In this document: piece after piece, positions 35,052 through 50,615 of the stretch
Layout of the letters: every line of letters starts with the position of its first letter
Numbering within the stretch: the stretch's first letter is position 1
Source of the DNA: Eledone cirrhosa
Taxonomy: Eukaryota
DNA length: 64,000 nucleotides
Direction of reading: 5' to 3'
Assembly (NCBI GenBank): GCA_964016885.1
Contig: OZ024741.1
Coordinates: 223,882,001 to 223,946,000 of the forward strand
Notes under the pieces: generated by a model
Database searches by the model: none
What the model was told of the DNA's origin: nothing
Seen by the model: only the letters and a program-made list of their open reading frames with translations
Made by a program: the position numbers and the translations under genes

Positions 35052-37009
35052 TATGAAGACAGGCAAGGGGGCTGGGCCTTCGGAAATAGTTGCTGAAATG
35101 CTGAAAGCATCTGGAACGGTGGGACACACTATGGTCACCCGGATAGTAAACCAAGTCATACAGAATGAGGTCGTTCCGAAGGACTGGCGTAGCAGCATCA
35201 TCATTAACTGCTACAAGGGTAAAGGAGATGCCCTAGATAGGGGAAACTATAGAGGCATTAAATTAATTGACCAGATCATGAAGGTCACAGAAAAAGTAAT
35301 AGCGCAACTAATCAGAGAGCGAATTGATCTAGATGAAATGCAGTTTGGGTTTGTGTCAGGTAAAGTACCACAGACGCTCTTTTCATTGTACGACAACTAC
35401 AGGAGAAGTACCTAGCTAAAAGTAAAACCCTATACTTAGCTTTTGTTGACTTGGAGAAAGCCTTTGACAGAGTCCCACGCCCCATTATCTGGTGGGCTCT
35501 TAGAAAACTAGGGGTTGATGAAGGGCTTGTGAGAGCTATACAAGCCATGTATAAATAAACAGTCAGCAAGGTTAGAATTAACAACGAATATAGTGAAGAG
35601 TTTAGCGTAAAAGTTGATGTTCATCAGGGCTCCGTTCTTAGCCCCCTACTATTTATTATTGCCCTTCAGGCTATAACAGAGGAGTTCAAGACTGGTTGCA
35701 CATGGGAACTCCTATACGCAGATGATCTAACGCTCATAGCTGAATCAATGGCTGAACTAGAGAAGAAATTCCAAACATGGAAACATGGCCTAGAATCAAA
35801 AGGCCTTAAAATTAACCTGTCTAAGACTAAAGTTCTAGTTTGTAGGAAGGAAAATAGGGCACCGGTCCCATCTGGGAAATAGCCATGCTCAGTGTGTAGG
35901 AAAGGAGTAGGCAGAAACTCCACTACAAGATGTAGTGGGATCACAGGTAAGCTAACTAAGAATATAGATTTTATATGTGGCCGGTGCTCAGGTGCAATAA
36001 GTAGCAGCAAGTGCCCACAGAATACTAGCTCATTCCATTGCACAGATGGTTCTATAGAAATAGTGGACACCTTCCGTTACCTGGGTGACAAAATCAGCAG
36101 TGGTGGAGGGTGCTCTGAAAGTACAGTAGCTAAAGTCAGAACAGGATGGAAAAAGTTCAGAGAGCTTATACCACTATTGGCCGCTAAAGGTTTCTCTCTA
36201 AAAATGAAAGGCAGGCTGTATGATGCCTGCATACGAACAGCAATGTTGCATGACAGTGAGACATGGGCCTTGTGTGCAGAGGATATACGCAGACTGGAGA
36301 GGAACGAAGCTTGCATGCTCCGCTGGATGTGTAATAGTAATATACATGAACGGCAAAGCATAAATGAACTAAGGGAGAAATTAGGAATAAGGGGGATCAG
36401 ATGTTCTTTACTCGAGAGAAGACTACGTTGGTATGGTCACGTGATGCGTATGAAAGACGACAGCTGTATAAAAAAGTGCAGGGCGATAAAAATAGACGGT
36501 AGCCACGGAGTAGGCACACCCAGAAAAACCTGGGACGACTTGATAAATTCCGACCTCACACACTTACACCTTTTAAGACAATGTCACTGGACCGAGATCT
36601 TTGGCGCTACACAGTAATACAGAAGACCTGCCTTGCCTAAGTACAAAGCGAAACCTACAGTCAGTAGGCACCTCTTAACAAAAATACACCCCCGTTTCCA
36701 CTACCCCTACCCCATCCACACCACTCCTTTCAATGTAAAGTTATGTTGGTACCACAACATCCAGTCCGAAATAAATGAGGTCGTGTAGGTGTCACGACAA
36801 AAAAGCACACAGTCCACGCTGTAATGTGGCCGTGTAGGTAACACGGTAAAAACCTCCCAGTACACACTGTAAACGTGGTTGGTGTTAGGAAGGGCATCCA
36901 GCCGTAGAAAACCAGCCAGACAGTCCTATGCGAGCAAGACAACCAATCTTACCTCAAGTGGGAAAATTCTCGTCCAAACCCATGCAAGTGTGGAAGATGG
37001 ACGTTAAAC

Positions 37010-37040
<31 letters not shown>
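35052..37040 (+). mobile_element. RTE LINE, 5'-truncated, with stops and frameshifts
   Basis: MKTGKGAGPSE..., YADD, in-frame stops, deletion in the PHD finger, 3' UTR, (GAT)n. Confidence 0.93.
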
Positions 37041-37628
37041 CATTGCCTTAAACAAATGCATGTGCTGGATGGTTTGGAGATTGAGGTGGTCGATGACTTC
37101 TTGTATTTTGGCAGTTTTATGAACACTGAGCATGATGTGGACACCAGGATAGGAAAGGCATGGGGACTCTCAAATCCCTATCAAAGGCATGGGTGTCTCT
37201 GATCAAGAAAACCACAAAAACGAGGCTACTCAAAGCATCGATTGAGTCCTTTCTCCTCTACAGATGTGAGTCATGGACACTCACAAAGAGGATTAATGGC
37301 ACATTCGCCCAGATGCTGAGAAAGGTCCAGAAACACATGTAGCAAAGAAATCACTCTACAGTTCACACCTTCACCTTTCTGACATTATAAAGTGTAGGAG
37401 GCTTGCATTAGCCGGACATGTGAAACATCACAATGAACCTGTTGGCGGAGTCCTTTTCTGGAAACCTGATGCATACAGACAAGTTGGGAGACCAACCTCA
37501 ATCATGAAGGATGTTCTTGAAGATGACACTGGGTTGGTGGCAGGGGAAGTTCAGACAGCAATGCTAGACAGTGTGAGCTGGAGGAGGAACTCCATCATAG
37601 CACCAGTAACAGATGTATAGAAGAAGAT
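37041..37628 (+). mobile_element. 3' fragment of another RTE-clade LINE
   Basis: IEVVDDFLYFGS..DVDTRIGKAW..ESFLLYRCESWTLTK..RRLALAGH..VLFWKP; short GAA tail. Confidence 0.75.
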
Positions 37629-39077
37629 ATATATATATATATAAATAAAGTCTTAACATTTTGTATGCTATTCCTTGCTGGTGTGGGTTGAGGTAATGTT
37701 TTACAGCTAAATAGCCTTCTTTACACACACCCTTTTAGCTGCCTCTTACGACATGCAGGTTTGCAGTATATCTTTTCTAAAAACTGAGATGCATGTGAGT
37801 GTTATATGTATGCATGTGCAGTATCTTTGGCAAATGTCTTTAACCATAGACTCGGGTGGACTGAAGACTTGTGAGTGAAATCCAGTAAACGGAAACTGTG
37901 TAGATGCTCATCAGATGGACAGTATATGTAATTTAAGTGTGTAGCCATGTCACACTGATTCCAGTTCCAAATTATGTTAAGTCTGGTGTAATACCAAATT
38001 ATGTTAAGTCTTTGTATGCTGATATAATGAGTAGATCATTCAGTTGATCTAACAAGTAGGCACTCGTATACCATTCTCAACATGTAAGTCTACCTCCTTT
38101 GTGATGGTCATCTTTATGATAAACAATCATCCAGTATACTTCTGTAAAGTGGTTGGTGATAGGAAAAGCATCCGGCCATAGAAAACCTGCCAAACAAAAG
38201 ATCAGGATGACTCTTCAGCTATGTTAAAGACATGATGACTTCCCTAGTATTGGTACCATGATAAATTGCACTTGGTACAACATAGGATTGTATGTCTTTA
38301 ATCTTTTGTTTGGCAGGCTTTCTATAGCTGGATGCCCTTCCTATCACCAATCACTTTACAAAGTGAATGATTATAATGATAAGTAAAACTAAAAAATATA
38401 ACTGTCACTGGCAATTGAGTATGACTTAGTATCATCATGTATCATGATTTCTCTAATAGTTTTATGTGTTTCTGTAGTATCATGTAGACAGAGAGGGACC
38501 TGAAACTCTCTCACCTTTGATCCAGCAGAACATCCATGATGTGAGAGAGAGAGAGGTCTGCATTAGCATTGAAATAACGGTACTTTATACTTTATTCATC
38601 AAATTTGAAAGGATGAAAGACAAAGGAGACCTGAGTGGGAGTTGAACTCAAAATGCAGAAAGCTGAACTGGAACAGATATTGCAACTCATTTTATCAAAT
38701 GTTCTAACAAGTCTGTCAATCATCCAACTTTATATATGAGGGAGAACATGTCTATAGTCTGAAATAACAGATCAGAATTTCTCTGACACTCAAACTTGCA
38801 AAAAAATAAAATAATTCTTGTCATTCTTCATTCCTGACTGACACTCTTGTAGTTTTTGTTTTGTTTTTATTTTTGTTTATTTGTTGTTATTGTTGTTGTT
38901 TGTTGTTGTTGTTTGTTGTTGTTGTTGTTTTTAGGAATACAAATGAATGCTGCATGCCAGATCTGAACATAGTTGATGGTTAGAGTGGCAAGAGTAGACC
39001 ACAGAAGGAGACTTGGGAAATAGTGGGAGAGAGAAATGAGATCTTGAAAAAATATATATATGCTGAGTACTCACAGC

Positions 39078-39111
<34 letters not shown>

Positions 39112-39262
39112 GTAGCAGTTGCAGTAGGAACAGCAACAATGGAAAAAGACAACACAGGAGGATCAAGACAAGACTGGGGATTTACTACATTTGTTAAACT
39201 ATCCAGTGTTGGCACAGGGTGGGGAAGTGGGGAGGTGGAACATATATATATATATATATATA

Positions 39263-39530
39263 TTGATGATGATGATGATGGTGGCGGCGGCAGTGGTGGT
39301 GGTGGTGGTGGTGATGATGGTGATGACGATTGGGGGGGGAGGGGGTATTATTATGATGATGATGATGGTGGTGGTGGTGGGGTGATGATGGTGGTGGTGG
39401 TGGTGGGGTGATGATTATTATTATGACGATGATGATGGTGGTGGTGGTGGTGGTGGTGGTGGTGGTGGTGGTGGTGGTGGTGATGAGGAGGAGGAGGACA
39501 GCAATGATAATGTTGAGTAGTATGAGGAGG
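39263..39530. repeat. (GAT)/(GGT)/(GAG) trinucleotide low-complexity tract
   Basis: Read directly from the sequence. Confidence 0.85.
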
Positions 39531-39762
39531 ATAAGGAAGAGGATAAAAGTGTTCATAAGTATGACATTTCTCATATATAAGATAGAAAGATCAGCAGAAG
39601 TTGTGATGTTCATACTTTCCCCAAGTGTCTCAGCCAAAGTAAAATAAACGTAATAGGAAGCTTTTAAATGACAATATATAGGAAGGCATTTTTGTTGTTC
39701 TTGTTATTATTGTTGTTGTCGTTATTGTTGTCGTTGTTGTTGTTGTTATTGTTGTTACTATT

Positions 39763-39986
39763 AGGGCAGTGGATTGGCAGTATCGGTAGAGAGTCGAACA
39801 CCATGCTTTGCAGCATAGAGTTACAGCCCTTTTACGATCTGAGTTCAAATCCCGCCGAGGTTTGCTTTGCCTTTCATCCTTACGGGGTCGATAGAATAAA
39901 GTACCAGTAATGTACTGGGGTTGATTTAATCGACTTTTTCCCTCTCCCCAAATTACTGGCCTTGTGCCTAAAGTAGAAACCATTAT
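39763..39986 (+). mobile_element. SINE-B embedded in a (TTG/TTA)n tract
   Basis: GGATTGGCAGTATCGG, GAGTTCAAATCC, Deu/Nin-like core. Confidence 0.8.
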
Positions 39987-40512
39987 TGTTGTCACTATTG
40001 TTGTTATTGCTGACATTGTTGTTGTTGTTATTGTTGTTGTCATTTTTGTTAGTGTTGTTTTTATTGTTGTCATTGTTGTTGTTATTGTTTTTATTGTTAT
40101 TCTTGTTATTATTGCAGTTATTGTAGTTGCCATTGTTGTTGTTGTCTTTATTGTTATTCTTATTATTATTGTTGTTATTCTAGTTGCCATTGTTGTTGTT
40201 GTCTTTATTGTTATTGTTATTATTATTGTTGTTATTCTAGTTGTCATTGTTGTTGTTGTTGGTTTTGTCATCATGCCACTATGTTTTTTGCCAAAGACCT
40301 ACTGACCATTCATACAATGGACATATTGATTAAATAGCAATTTTAATAAGTGTACCAGAAACTTACCTACTTTAGCTGGTCACCGATATGGAGTATATTT
40401 GTTCTCTGTTATCATTTTACAGATGGTTGATAATTCTTTATTGAATTGGAGCCAGCTTAATATTGATGCTGTTTAGAAAGATCATTCTAGAAGGACAGCT
40501 TTCATTACTATA

Positions 40513-40516
<4 letters not shown>

Positions 40517-40588
<72 letters not shown>
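40517..40588. repeat. (CT)n microsatellite
   Basis: Read directly from the sequence. Confidence 0.95.
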
Positions 40589-40589
<1 letters not shown>

Positions 40590-41139
40590 CCTGTTAATTG
40601 ATCCCCTGTGATGGCTTCATTACACCGCAACAACAAATAATTGCACTGATAGTTTCTGATTAGATCCAGGACGTGAGGGAGGAAACCACTTTGTCTACCT
40701 GTGCAATCATCTGACAACAGAAAGCTTACACAATCAAAGCTGTAATTTTCATATTAATGTAGTATCTTCCCTGAAGGAAGCTCAAAAGCTCTGGTGCTTG
40801 AAGTTTAATTGCAAGATATCATTGCACAACAAAGGGAAATGTACCTCATAGTAAACTAACCAATCTTTTCTTTTACCTTTCTCTGTCCCCCTTTTTCTCT
40901 CTCTCTCTCATTCACTTATCAGTCTCATGACAATTGAAAAGGCCCTTGCACATTCAAACTACCCATGCCTATTATAATTTTTTTTAAAAGGTAATATTTT
41001 AAGGTTGAGAAACTATTAGATAATAACTTATTATTACATGACAATCTTTAGATTATCTCCATTATCCAGAATTTAATGGATATAGTCAGGATTGATTCAT
41101 TGCTTTGGATTCAATTGGATTGGTTATAGAGAATCACAA

Positions 41140-41990
41140 ATGTTATTCAGAATCATAGTTGTTATGAAGATTCAGAGCCTCTTATACAGAGCTGTTATAC
41201 AGAATCAAGGCTATTACACAGAAACAGGGAGTGTTATACAGAATCAGGGCTATTATACAAGTTCAGGGCCTGTTATACAGGCTCTTCAGAATCAGGGTTG
41301 TTAAACAGAATTAGAACTGTTATATAGTATCAGGGCTGCTATACAGAATCAAGGCTGTTACACAGAATCAGGGCTGTTATACAGAATCGGAGCTGTTATA
41401 CAGAATCAGGGCTGTTATATAGAATCGGGGCTGTTATTCAGTTTCAGGGCTGTTATACAGAATTGGAGCTGTTATACAGAATTAGAGCTATTATACAGTT
41501 TCAGGGATGTTATACAGATTCAAAGCTGTTATTCAGAACTCAGAAGCACAATTCAAGATTGAGCTGTTATTTTCAGGATGTTCAGCTATTTAAAATCCAT
41601 TCCGTTATTCAATATCTATTCTGTTTTCAATATCTATTCTGTTATTCAGTATCCATTTTGTTTTCAATAGCTACTCTGTTATTCAGTATCTATTCTGTTT
41701 TCAATATCTATTCTGTTTTCAATAGCTACTCTGTTATTCAGTATCTATTCTGTTTTCAATATCTATTCTGTTATTCAGTACCTATTCTGTTTTCAATATC
41801 TATTCTGTTATTCAGTATCTAGTCTGTTTTCAATATCTATTCTGTTATTCAGTATCTATTCTGTTATTCAGTATCTAGTCTGTTTTCAATATCTATTCTG
41901 TTATTCAGTATCCTGTCTGTTCAAGATCTAATCTGTTTTTTTTAAAAAGATCTATTGATCAATGTCAGATCTTATCTGTTATTTAGAATC
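41140..41990. repeat. 18-19 bp minisatellite with two unit types
   Basis: CAGAATCAGGGCTGTTATA units, then TATTCTGTTATTCAGTATC / TATTCTGTTTTCAATATC units. Confidence 0.85.
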
Positions 41991-43232
41991 AGATACAATC
42001 AGTATCATCATCATCATCATCATCAACATCATCATCAGTTTTAACATCTGTTCTTCTTGCCAGCAAGGTTTGGATGGGTCATCACAGACCAAGTAAGTAC
42101 TCAAACAGAGCTACATATTTCTCAGGTGGACAAGGGACCCACAAAAAAATTATCTATCCTGTTATTCACAGTCCTGTCTGGTCTGATTTTTTTTTTAAGA
42201 TTCTTCAATCATTGTCATATCTGTTCTATTATTTGTGATACAATCTATTGTCTGAAATCTATTATTAATCCTAATCTGATTTATATTACAGTAAATGTTA
42301 CTTGTTATACTACATCAGACCTATTATTCACAGTTATATCTCTTCTTTAGGATTTAAAACTGTTTGATAATCTTTTACCAAAACCAACTCTAAATTTACA
42401 GAAAACATCCTTCTAAAGATTTTCTTTTTTACCAGAACTTAACTACGCCAGGTTGATAAAGAACTGGTGAACTAACCAAAGGGCTATCAGTTTACATCCT
42501 ACCTGGAACAGTTAACTCTCATTAGTTCTGTTATCTTAGCTGTAGATAGGTAGCATGAGAAAGTACAGTTCTAAATTGAAAGCAGTGGGAACTTTTTATA
42601 ATTTGTGAGTGTTTTGTAATCTTTCAGCACTAGGTTAAACTGTCCTCTTGAGTTTAGCTTAGCAAAAGAAACACTGTGTCATATTGCTTTGTATTAAACA
42701 AAATTGTTTAACTCTTTCATTACTATATTTTAATGAAAGAAAGACTCAGCTTGTAATTTTCAAATCATTTTAGAAATAGTAAAGAATTTCGAGGGATTTA
42801 ATCATATAACTAATTTTCTCATTGTTAAGCTGGTGTTTAGAGCATAACTTAATGATTCTGATATAAAATTATGTTGGGAGGCTTTTAGAGTACATACAGT
42901 ATTATAGAACCAGGGTCAGTTTTAGCTGGTTTGGTATCAAAAAGGCTAATATACACCTAAGATGGATTAGAAGATAATCAAAGATCAAAATAATTAAAGA
43001 TACTTAATTAAACTGGCTCAGCTGTTATGAGATTAAAATAATGAACTACTGACCATAATCATCACTGTTTAACATCCATTTTTCCATGCTGGCATGGGTT
43101 AGATGAGTTATCCTGTTGTGAGCAATGCTAGGTCAGATGACTATGTCATGCTCATACAGAACCGATTTTGGCTTGGTCTTATAAATTTATATCTGATGAT
43201 TATTACTTAACAAGATATTTAACTTTGCTTGC

Positions 43233-43487
43233 TTAACCCTTTAGTATTTACATTATATTTATTATTATATTTTCATGGCTTTACCTCACATAATTATCTC
43301 ATATAATATTGAATATATGAGATGTTGATATTATTTATTTTCAGAACTATACCTTAACATCAGTATCTATGAAATTTTGATAACTATACCTTAACATCAG
43401 TATGAGTGGCTGGTTACAGCTGGTTTGAACAGAAAGAGGTGAGCAAATTCTGGCTGGATATGACTGGTTTAAATGCTAAAGTATTAA
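43233..43487 (-). mobile_element. piggyBac-like MITE with internal duplication
   Basis: TTAACCCTTTAGTATTT start; AACTATACCTTAACATCAGTAT occurs twice. Confidence 0.75.
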
Positions 43488-43610
43488 ATTAGACTGACTA
43501 AATAAAAATAATGGTCTCTTCTCTCTACTTCATGATGTGTGACTTATAGTAAAAAAGACACCAAGCTTTGAAAACAATTATTCAACAAATAAACCATTAT
43601 GACTAAGTAA

Positions 43611-43790
43611 GCTCACTGTAAATGAGGTTGGTGTTAGGAAGGGCATCCAGCTGTAGAAATCAAGCCAGAATCAGTTCCCGTATGAGCAAGACAAGGTCAG
43701 CCAACTGGACACTGCCCACAACAAGACAACCCGTCTAACCCATGCTAGCGTGGAAGAACGGACGTAAAACAGTGATGATGATGATGATGA
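43611..43790 (+). mobile_element. Headless RTE/SINE tail
   Basis: Matches 14265-14440. Confidence 0.75.
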
Positions 43791-44079
43791 AGCATTGAAA
43801 AGTGGCTGTAACATGGTAAAAATATATTATTCACATAAAACAGAGGAGGGGAACTCTTTTGGTACTGTTGGAGGATTTGCAATTGTATAAGACCCTGTGG
43901 AGGTTCAGTTGTGATAAGAAGATAAAGACACATAAACCTCAGTCAGTTTCATCAATGAGTATTCTTGCTGTTCAATCAGCTGAGTATTCCACAGTCATAT
44001 GTACCCTGAGGAATATTTATCATGACACAGTGTTTAACAAGACTGGCTCTTTGACTTACAAGTACAGTTCATCTGATGG

Positions 44080-44242
44080 ACTTCCAAACAGTTTCCATCT
44101 ACGCAGTTTCACTCACAAGGCTTGGATTGACCTGAGGCTATGGTGAACAAAGACACTTGCTCAAGATACCATACAGAGAGACTGAACCAAAACATCACAA
44201 TTGCGACACAAACTTCGTACCCACTCATCTATGCTTGCACCA
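44080..44242 (-). mobile_element. Degenerate third tRNA/CORE-like SINE family
   Basis: AGACACTTGCTCAAG and CTCACAAGGCTT motifs; relatives near 26530-26640 and 37820-37915. Confidence 0.45.
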
Positions 44243-44479
44243 AAGAATGAAGAAAAAGTAATGAATCTTTAATTATAGAACTTCATATTTAAATTACTGT
44301 TTTCGTTTTAAGGTTTAGACATTTTTAAAATGAGTTTTTAAGAAATGCCATTAGCAAGTGAAATGTCATTAGCATGATTATAGAGTGTTGGGCAGTTTAA
44401 GGCAGTTTGGTATTACAAGAGTTCAGAATATATAATACCTCCTCTGAGATTTGATTTTATCATGACATTAACACTAGTA

Positions 44480-44739
44480 AGGTCGTGGAGGTGCCACGGC
44501 AAAAAAGCACCCAGCCCACACTGTAAAGTGGACGTGTAGGCGCCATGAAAAAGCACCCAGCACTCACTGTAAATGAGGTTGGTGTTAGGAAGGGCATCCA
44601 GCTGTAGAAATCAAGCCAAATCAGTTCCTGTATGAGCAAGGCATGGTCAGCCGACCAGACACTGCCCACAACAGGACAACCCGTCTAACCCATTCTAGCA
44701 TGGAAGAACGGACGTAAAACGGTGATGATGATGATGATG
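44480..44739 (+). mobile_element. Headless RTE sister-family 3' UTR
   Basis: Near-identical to 14183-14440. Confidence 0.8.
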
Positions 44740-45145
44740 AGGTTGTCATGTCTTTGACACAGTTGAAGAGTTTTTCTGACCTTTTGTTTGGCAGGTTTTC
44801 TATGGCTGAAAGCCTTTCCTATCACCAACCACAGAGTGTACTGAGTGCATTTACTGTGTATATCACCCACACTAGGGAGGTTGGCTGAAGAGTCCTCCTG
44901 GTCCTTTGTTTGGCAGGTTTTCAACTACTGGATGCCCTTTCTATCATTTATCATCTAAACAACTAGCACTAGGGAAGTTGTCATGTCTTTGACACAGCTG
45001 AAAAGCCCTCCCAGTCCTTTCTTTGACAGGTTTTCTATGGCTTGATGCCCTTTTTATCATCAACCACTTTACAGAGTGTACTAGATGACTTTATCATGTA
45101 GATCACTACCACTAGGGAGGTTGTCATGTTTATAGCACAACTGTA
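44740..45145 (-). repeat. Tandem degenerate ~110-140 bp copies of the GGAAGGGCATCCAG UTR module
   Basis: GGTTGTCATGTCTTTGACACAG and GGCAGGTTTTCTATGGCTG repeat about 3 times; similar sequence at 58560-58870. Confidence 0.55.
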
Positions 45146-45394
45146 AGGTTTGAACTTTTTACTCAGAATTCTAGCATGTTACATGTAGTAGCTGGCCCAC
45201 CAAACCACTGACCCCCCCCCCCCCCTAATACCTGTCTGGGATAATCTTCTTCTACTGTTAGTTCTCAGCTATTATCTTAACAAGTCTTCATTGAAATGAC
45301 ATTCCAAATTTCAAGATTGTAATGATTACTACAACTCCATTAACTAGAACAATTGTTCAGCTTTGTTTTGAGATCCTGATTCATATACACGACC

Positions 45395-48300
45395 ATGCAT
45401 ATACATACTCATACATATACATACTCATACATATACATACTCATACATATACATACTCATACATATACATACTCATCCATATACATACTCATACATATAC
45501 ATACTCATACATATACATACTCATACATATACATACTCATACATATACATACTCATACATATACATACTCATACATATACATACTTATACATATACATAC
45601 TCATAGATATACATACTCATAGATATACATACTCATACATATACATACTCATACATATACATACTCATACATATACATACTCATCCATATACATACTCAT
45701 GCATATACATACTCATACATATACATACTCATGCATATACATACTCATAGATATACGTACTCATGCATATACATACTCATGCATATACATACTTATGCAT
45801 ATACATACTCATACATATACATACTCATAGATATACATACTCATACATATACATACTCATACATATACATACTCATACATATACATACTCATACATATAC
45901 ATACTCATACATATACATACTCATACATATACATACTCATGCATATACATACTCATAGATATACATACTTATACATATACATACTCATACATATACATAC
46001 TCATACATATACATACTCATCCATATACATACTCATACATATACATACTCATAGATATACATACTCATGCATATACATACTCATACATATACATACTCAT
46101 AGATATTCATACTCATACATATACATACTCATACATATACATACTCAGATATACATACTCATACATATACATACTCATACATATACATACTCATACATAT
46201 ACATACTCATACATATACATACTCATAGATATACATACTCATACATATACATACTCATAGATATACATACTCATACATATACATACTCATACATATACAT
46301 ACTCATAGATATACGTACTCATGCATATACATACTCATGCATATACATACTCATACATATACATACTCAGATATACATACTCATACATATACATACTCAT
46401 AGATATACGTACTCATGCATATACATACTCATACATATACATACTCAGATATACATACTCATACATATACATACTCATAGATATACATACTCATACATAT
46501 ACGTACTCATACATACACATACTCATACATATACATACTCATAGATAAACATACTCATAGATATACATACTCATACATATACATACTCATCCATATACAT
46601 ACTCATACATATACATACTCATACATATACATACTCATACATATACATACTCATGCATATACATACTCATACATATACATACTCATAGATAAACATACTC
46701 ATAGATATACATACTCATACATATACATACTCATACATATACATACTCATAGATATACATACTCATGCATATACATACTCATAGATATACATACTCATAC
46801 ATATACATACTCATGCATATACATACTCATAGATATACATAATCATAGATATACATACTCATAGATATACATACTCATACATATACATACTCATACATAT
46901 ACATACTCATACATATACATACTCATACATATACATACTCATACATATACATACTCATGCATATACATACTCATACATATACATACTCATAGATATACAT
47001 ACTCATGCATATACATACTCATACATATACATACTCATGCATATACATACTCATCCATATACATACTCATACATATACATACTCATGCATATACATACTC
47101 ATACATATACATACTCATACATATACATACTCATAGATATACATACTCATACATATACATACTCATACATATACATACTTATACATATACATATACATAC
47201 TCATACATATACATACTCATACATATACATACTCATACATATACATACTCATCCATATACATACTCATACATATACATACTCATACATATACATACTCAT
47301 ACATATACATACTCATACATATACATACTCATACATATACATACTCATACATATACATACTCATACATATACATACTCATACATATACATACTCATACAT
47401 ATACATATACATACTCATACATACTCATACATATACATACTCATACATATACATACTCATACATATACATATACATACTCATACATACTCATAGATATAC
47501 ATACTTATACATATACATACTCATACATATACATACTCATACATACACATACTCATGCATATACATACTCATAGATATACATACTCATAGATATACATAC
47601 TCATACATATACATACTCATAGATATACATACTCATACATATACATACTCATACATATACATACTCATACATATACATACTCATACATACACATATACAT
47701 ACTCATAGATATACATACTCATACATATACATACTCATACATATACATATACATACTCATAGATATACATAATCATACATATACATACTCATACATATAC
47801 ATACTCATACATATACATAATCATACATATACATACTCATAGATATACGTACTCATGCATATACATACTCATAGATATACATACTCATACATATACATAC
47901 TCATACATACACATACTCATACATATACATAATCATACATATACATACTCATAGATATACATACTCATACATATACATACTCATACATATACATACTCAT
48001 ACATATACATACTCATACATACACATACTCATACATATACATACTCATAGATATACATACTCATACATATACATACTCATACATATACATACTCATACAT
48101 ATACATACTCATGCATATACATACTCATAGATATACATACTTATACATATACATACTCATACATATACATACTCATACATATACATACTCATCCATATAC
48201 ATACTCATACATATACATACTCATAGATATACATACTCATGCATATACATACTCATACATATACATACTCATAGATATTCATACTCATACATATACATAC

Positions 48301-50615
48301 TCATACATATACATACTCAGATATACATACTCATACATATACATACTCATACATATACATACTCATACATATACATACTCATACATATACATACTCATAG
48401 ATATACATACTCATACATATACATACTCATAGATATACATACTCATACATATACATACTCATACATATACATACTCATAGATATACGTACTCATGCATAT
48501 ACATACTCATGCATATACATACTCATACATATACATACTCAGATATACATACTCATACATATACATACTCATAGATATACGTACTCATGCATATACATAC
48601 TCATACATATACATACTCAGATATACATACTCATACATATACATACTCATAGATATACATACTCATACATATACGTACTCATACATACACATACTCATAC
48701 ATATACATACTCATAGATAAACATACTCATAGATATACATACTCATACATATACATACTCATCCATATACATACTCATACATATACATACTCATACATAT
48801 ACATACTCATACATATACATACTCATGCATATACATACTCATACATATACATACTCATAGATAAACATACTCATAGATATACATACTCATACATATACAT
48901 ACTCATACATATACATACTCATAGATATACATACTCATGCATATACATACTCATAGATATACATACTCATACATATACATACTCATGCATATACATACTC
49001 ATAGATATACATAATCATAGATATACATACTCATAGATATACATACTCATACATATACATACTCATACATATACATACTCATACATATACATACTCATAC
49101 ATATACATACTCATACATATACATACTCATGCATATACATACTCATACATATACATACTCATAGATATACATACTCATGCATATACATACTCATACATAT
49201 ACATACTCATGCATATACATACTCATCCATATACATACTCATACATATACATACTCATGCATATACATACTCATACATATACATACTCATACATATACAT
49301 ACTCATAGATATACATACTCATACATATACATACTCATACATATACATACTTATACATATACATATACATACTCATACATATACATACTCATACATATAC
49401 ATACTCATACATATACATACTCATCCATATACATACTCATACATATACATACTCATACATATACATACTCATACATATACATACTCATACATATACATAC
49501 TCATACATATACATACTCATACATATACATACTCATACATATACATACTCATACATATACATACTCATACATATACATATACATACTCATACATACTCAT
49601 ACATATACATACTCATACATATACATACTCATACATATACATATACATACTCATACATACTCATAGATATACATACTTATACATATACATACTCATACAT
49701 ATACATACTCATACATACACATACTCATGCATATACATACTCATAGATATACATACTCATAGATATACATACTCATACATATACATACTCATAGATATAC
49801 ATACTCATACATATACATACTCATACATATACATACTCATACATATACATACTCATACATACACATATACATACTCATAGATATACATACTCATACATAT
49901 ACATACTCATACATATACATATACATACTCATAGATATACATAATCATACATATACATACTCATACATATACATACTCATACATATACATAATCATACAT
50001 ATACATACTCATAGATATACGTACTCATGCATATACATACTCATAGATATACATACTCATACATATACATACTCATACATACACATACTCATACATATAC
50101 ATAATCATACATATACATACTCATAGATATACATACTCATACATATACATACTCATACATATACATACTCATACATATACATACTCATACATACACATAC
50201 TCATACATATACATACTCATAGATATACATACTCATACATATACATACTCATAGATATACGTACTCATACATATACATACTCATGCATATACATACTCAT
50301 ACATATACATACTCATAGATATACATACTCATAGATATACGTACTCATACATATACATACTCATACATATACATAATCATACATATACATACTCATAGAT
50401 ATATGTACTCATGCATATACATACTCATAGATATACATACTCATACATATACATACTCATACATACACATACTCATACATATACATACTCATAGATAAAC
50501 ATACTCATAGATATACATACTCATACATATACATACTCATACATATACATACTCATACATATACATATACATACTCATACATATACATACTTATACATAT
50601 ACATACTCATACATA
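45395..50615. repeat. 16-bp satellite (CATATACATACTCATA)n, ~5.2 kb, with a 2172-bp higher-order duplication
   Basis: Read directly; identical translated blocks at 45939/48111 and 47037/49209. Confidence 0.95.

Noticed and set aside
39630-40305. Thr/Ile-rich mucin-like and Val-rich ORFs (also 27286-27655)
   Set aside because: Degenerate trinucleotide repeats with an embedded SINE.
41170-41990. CRISPR-like array
   Set aside because: Contiguous tandem units with no unique spacers, in a eukaryotic context.
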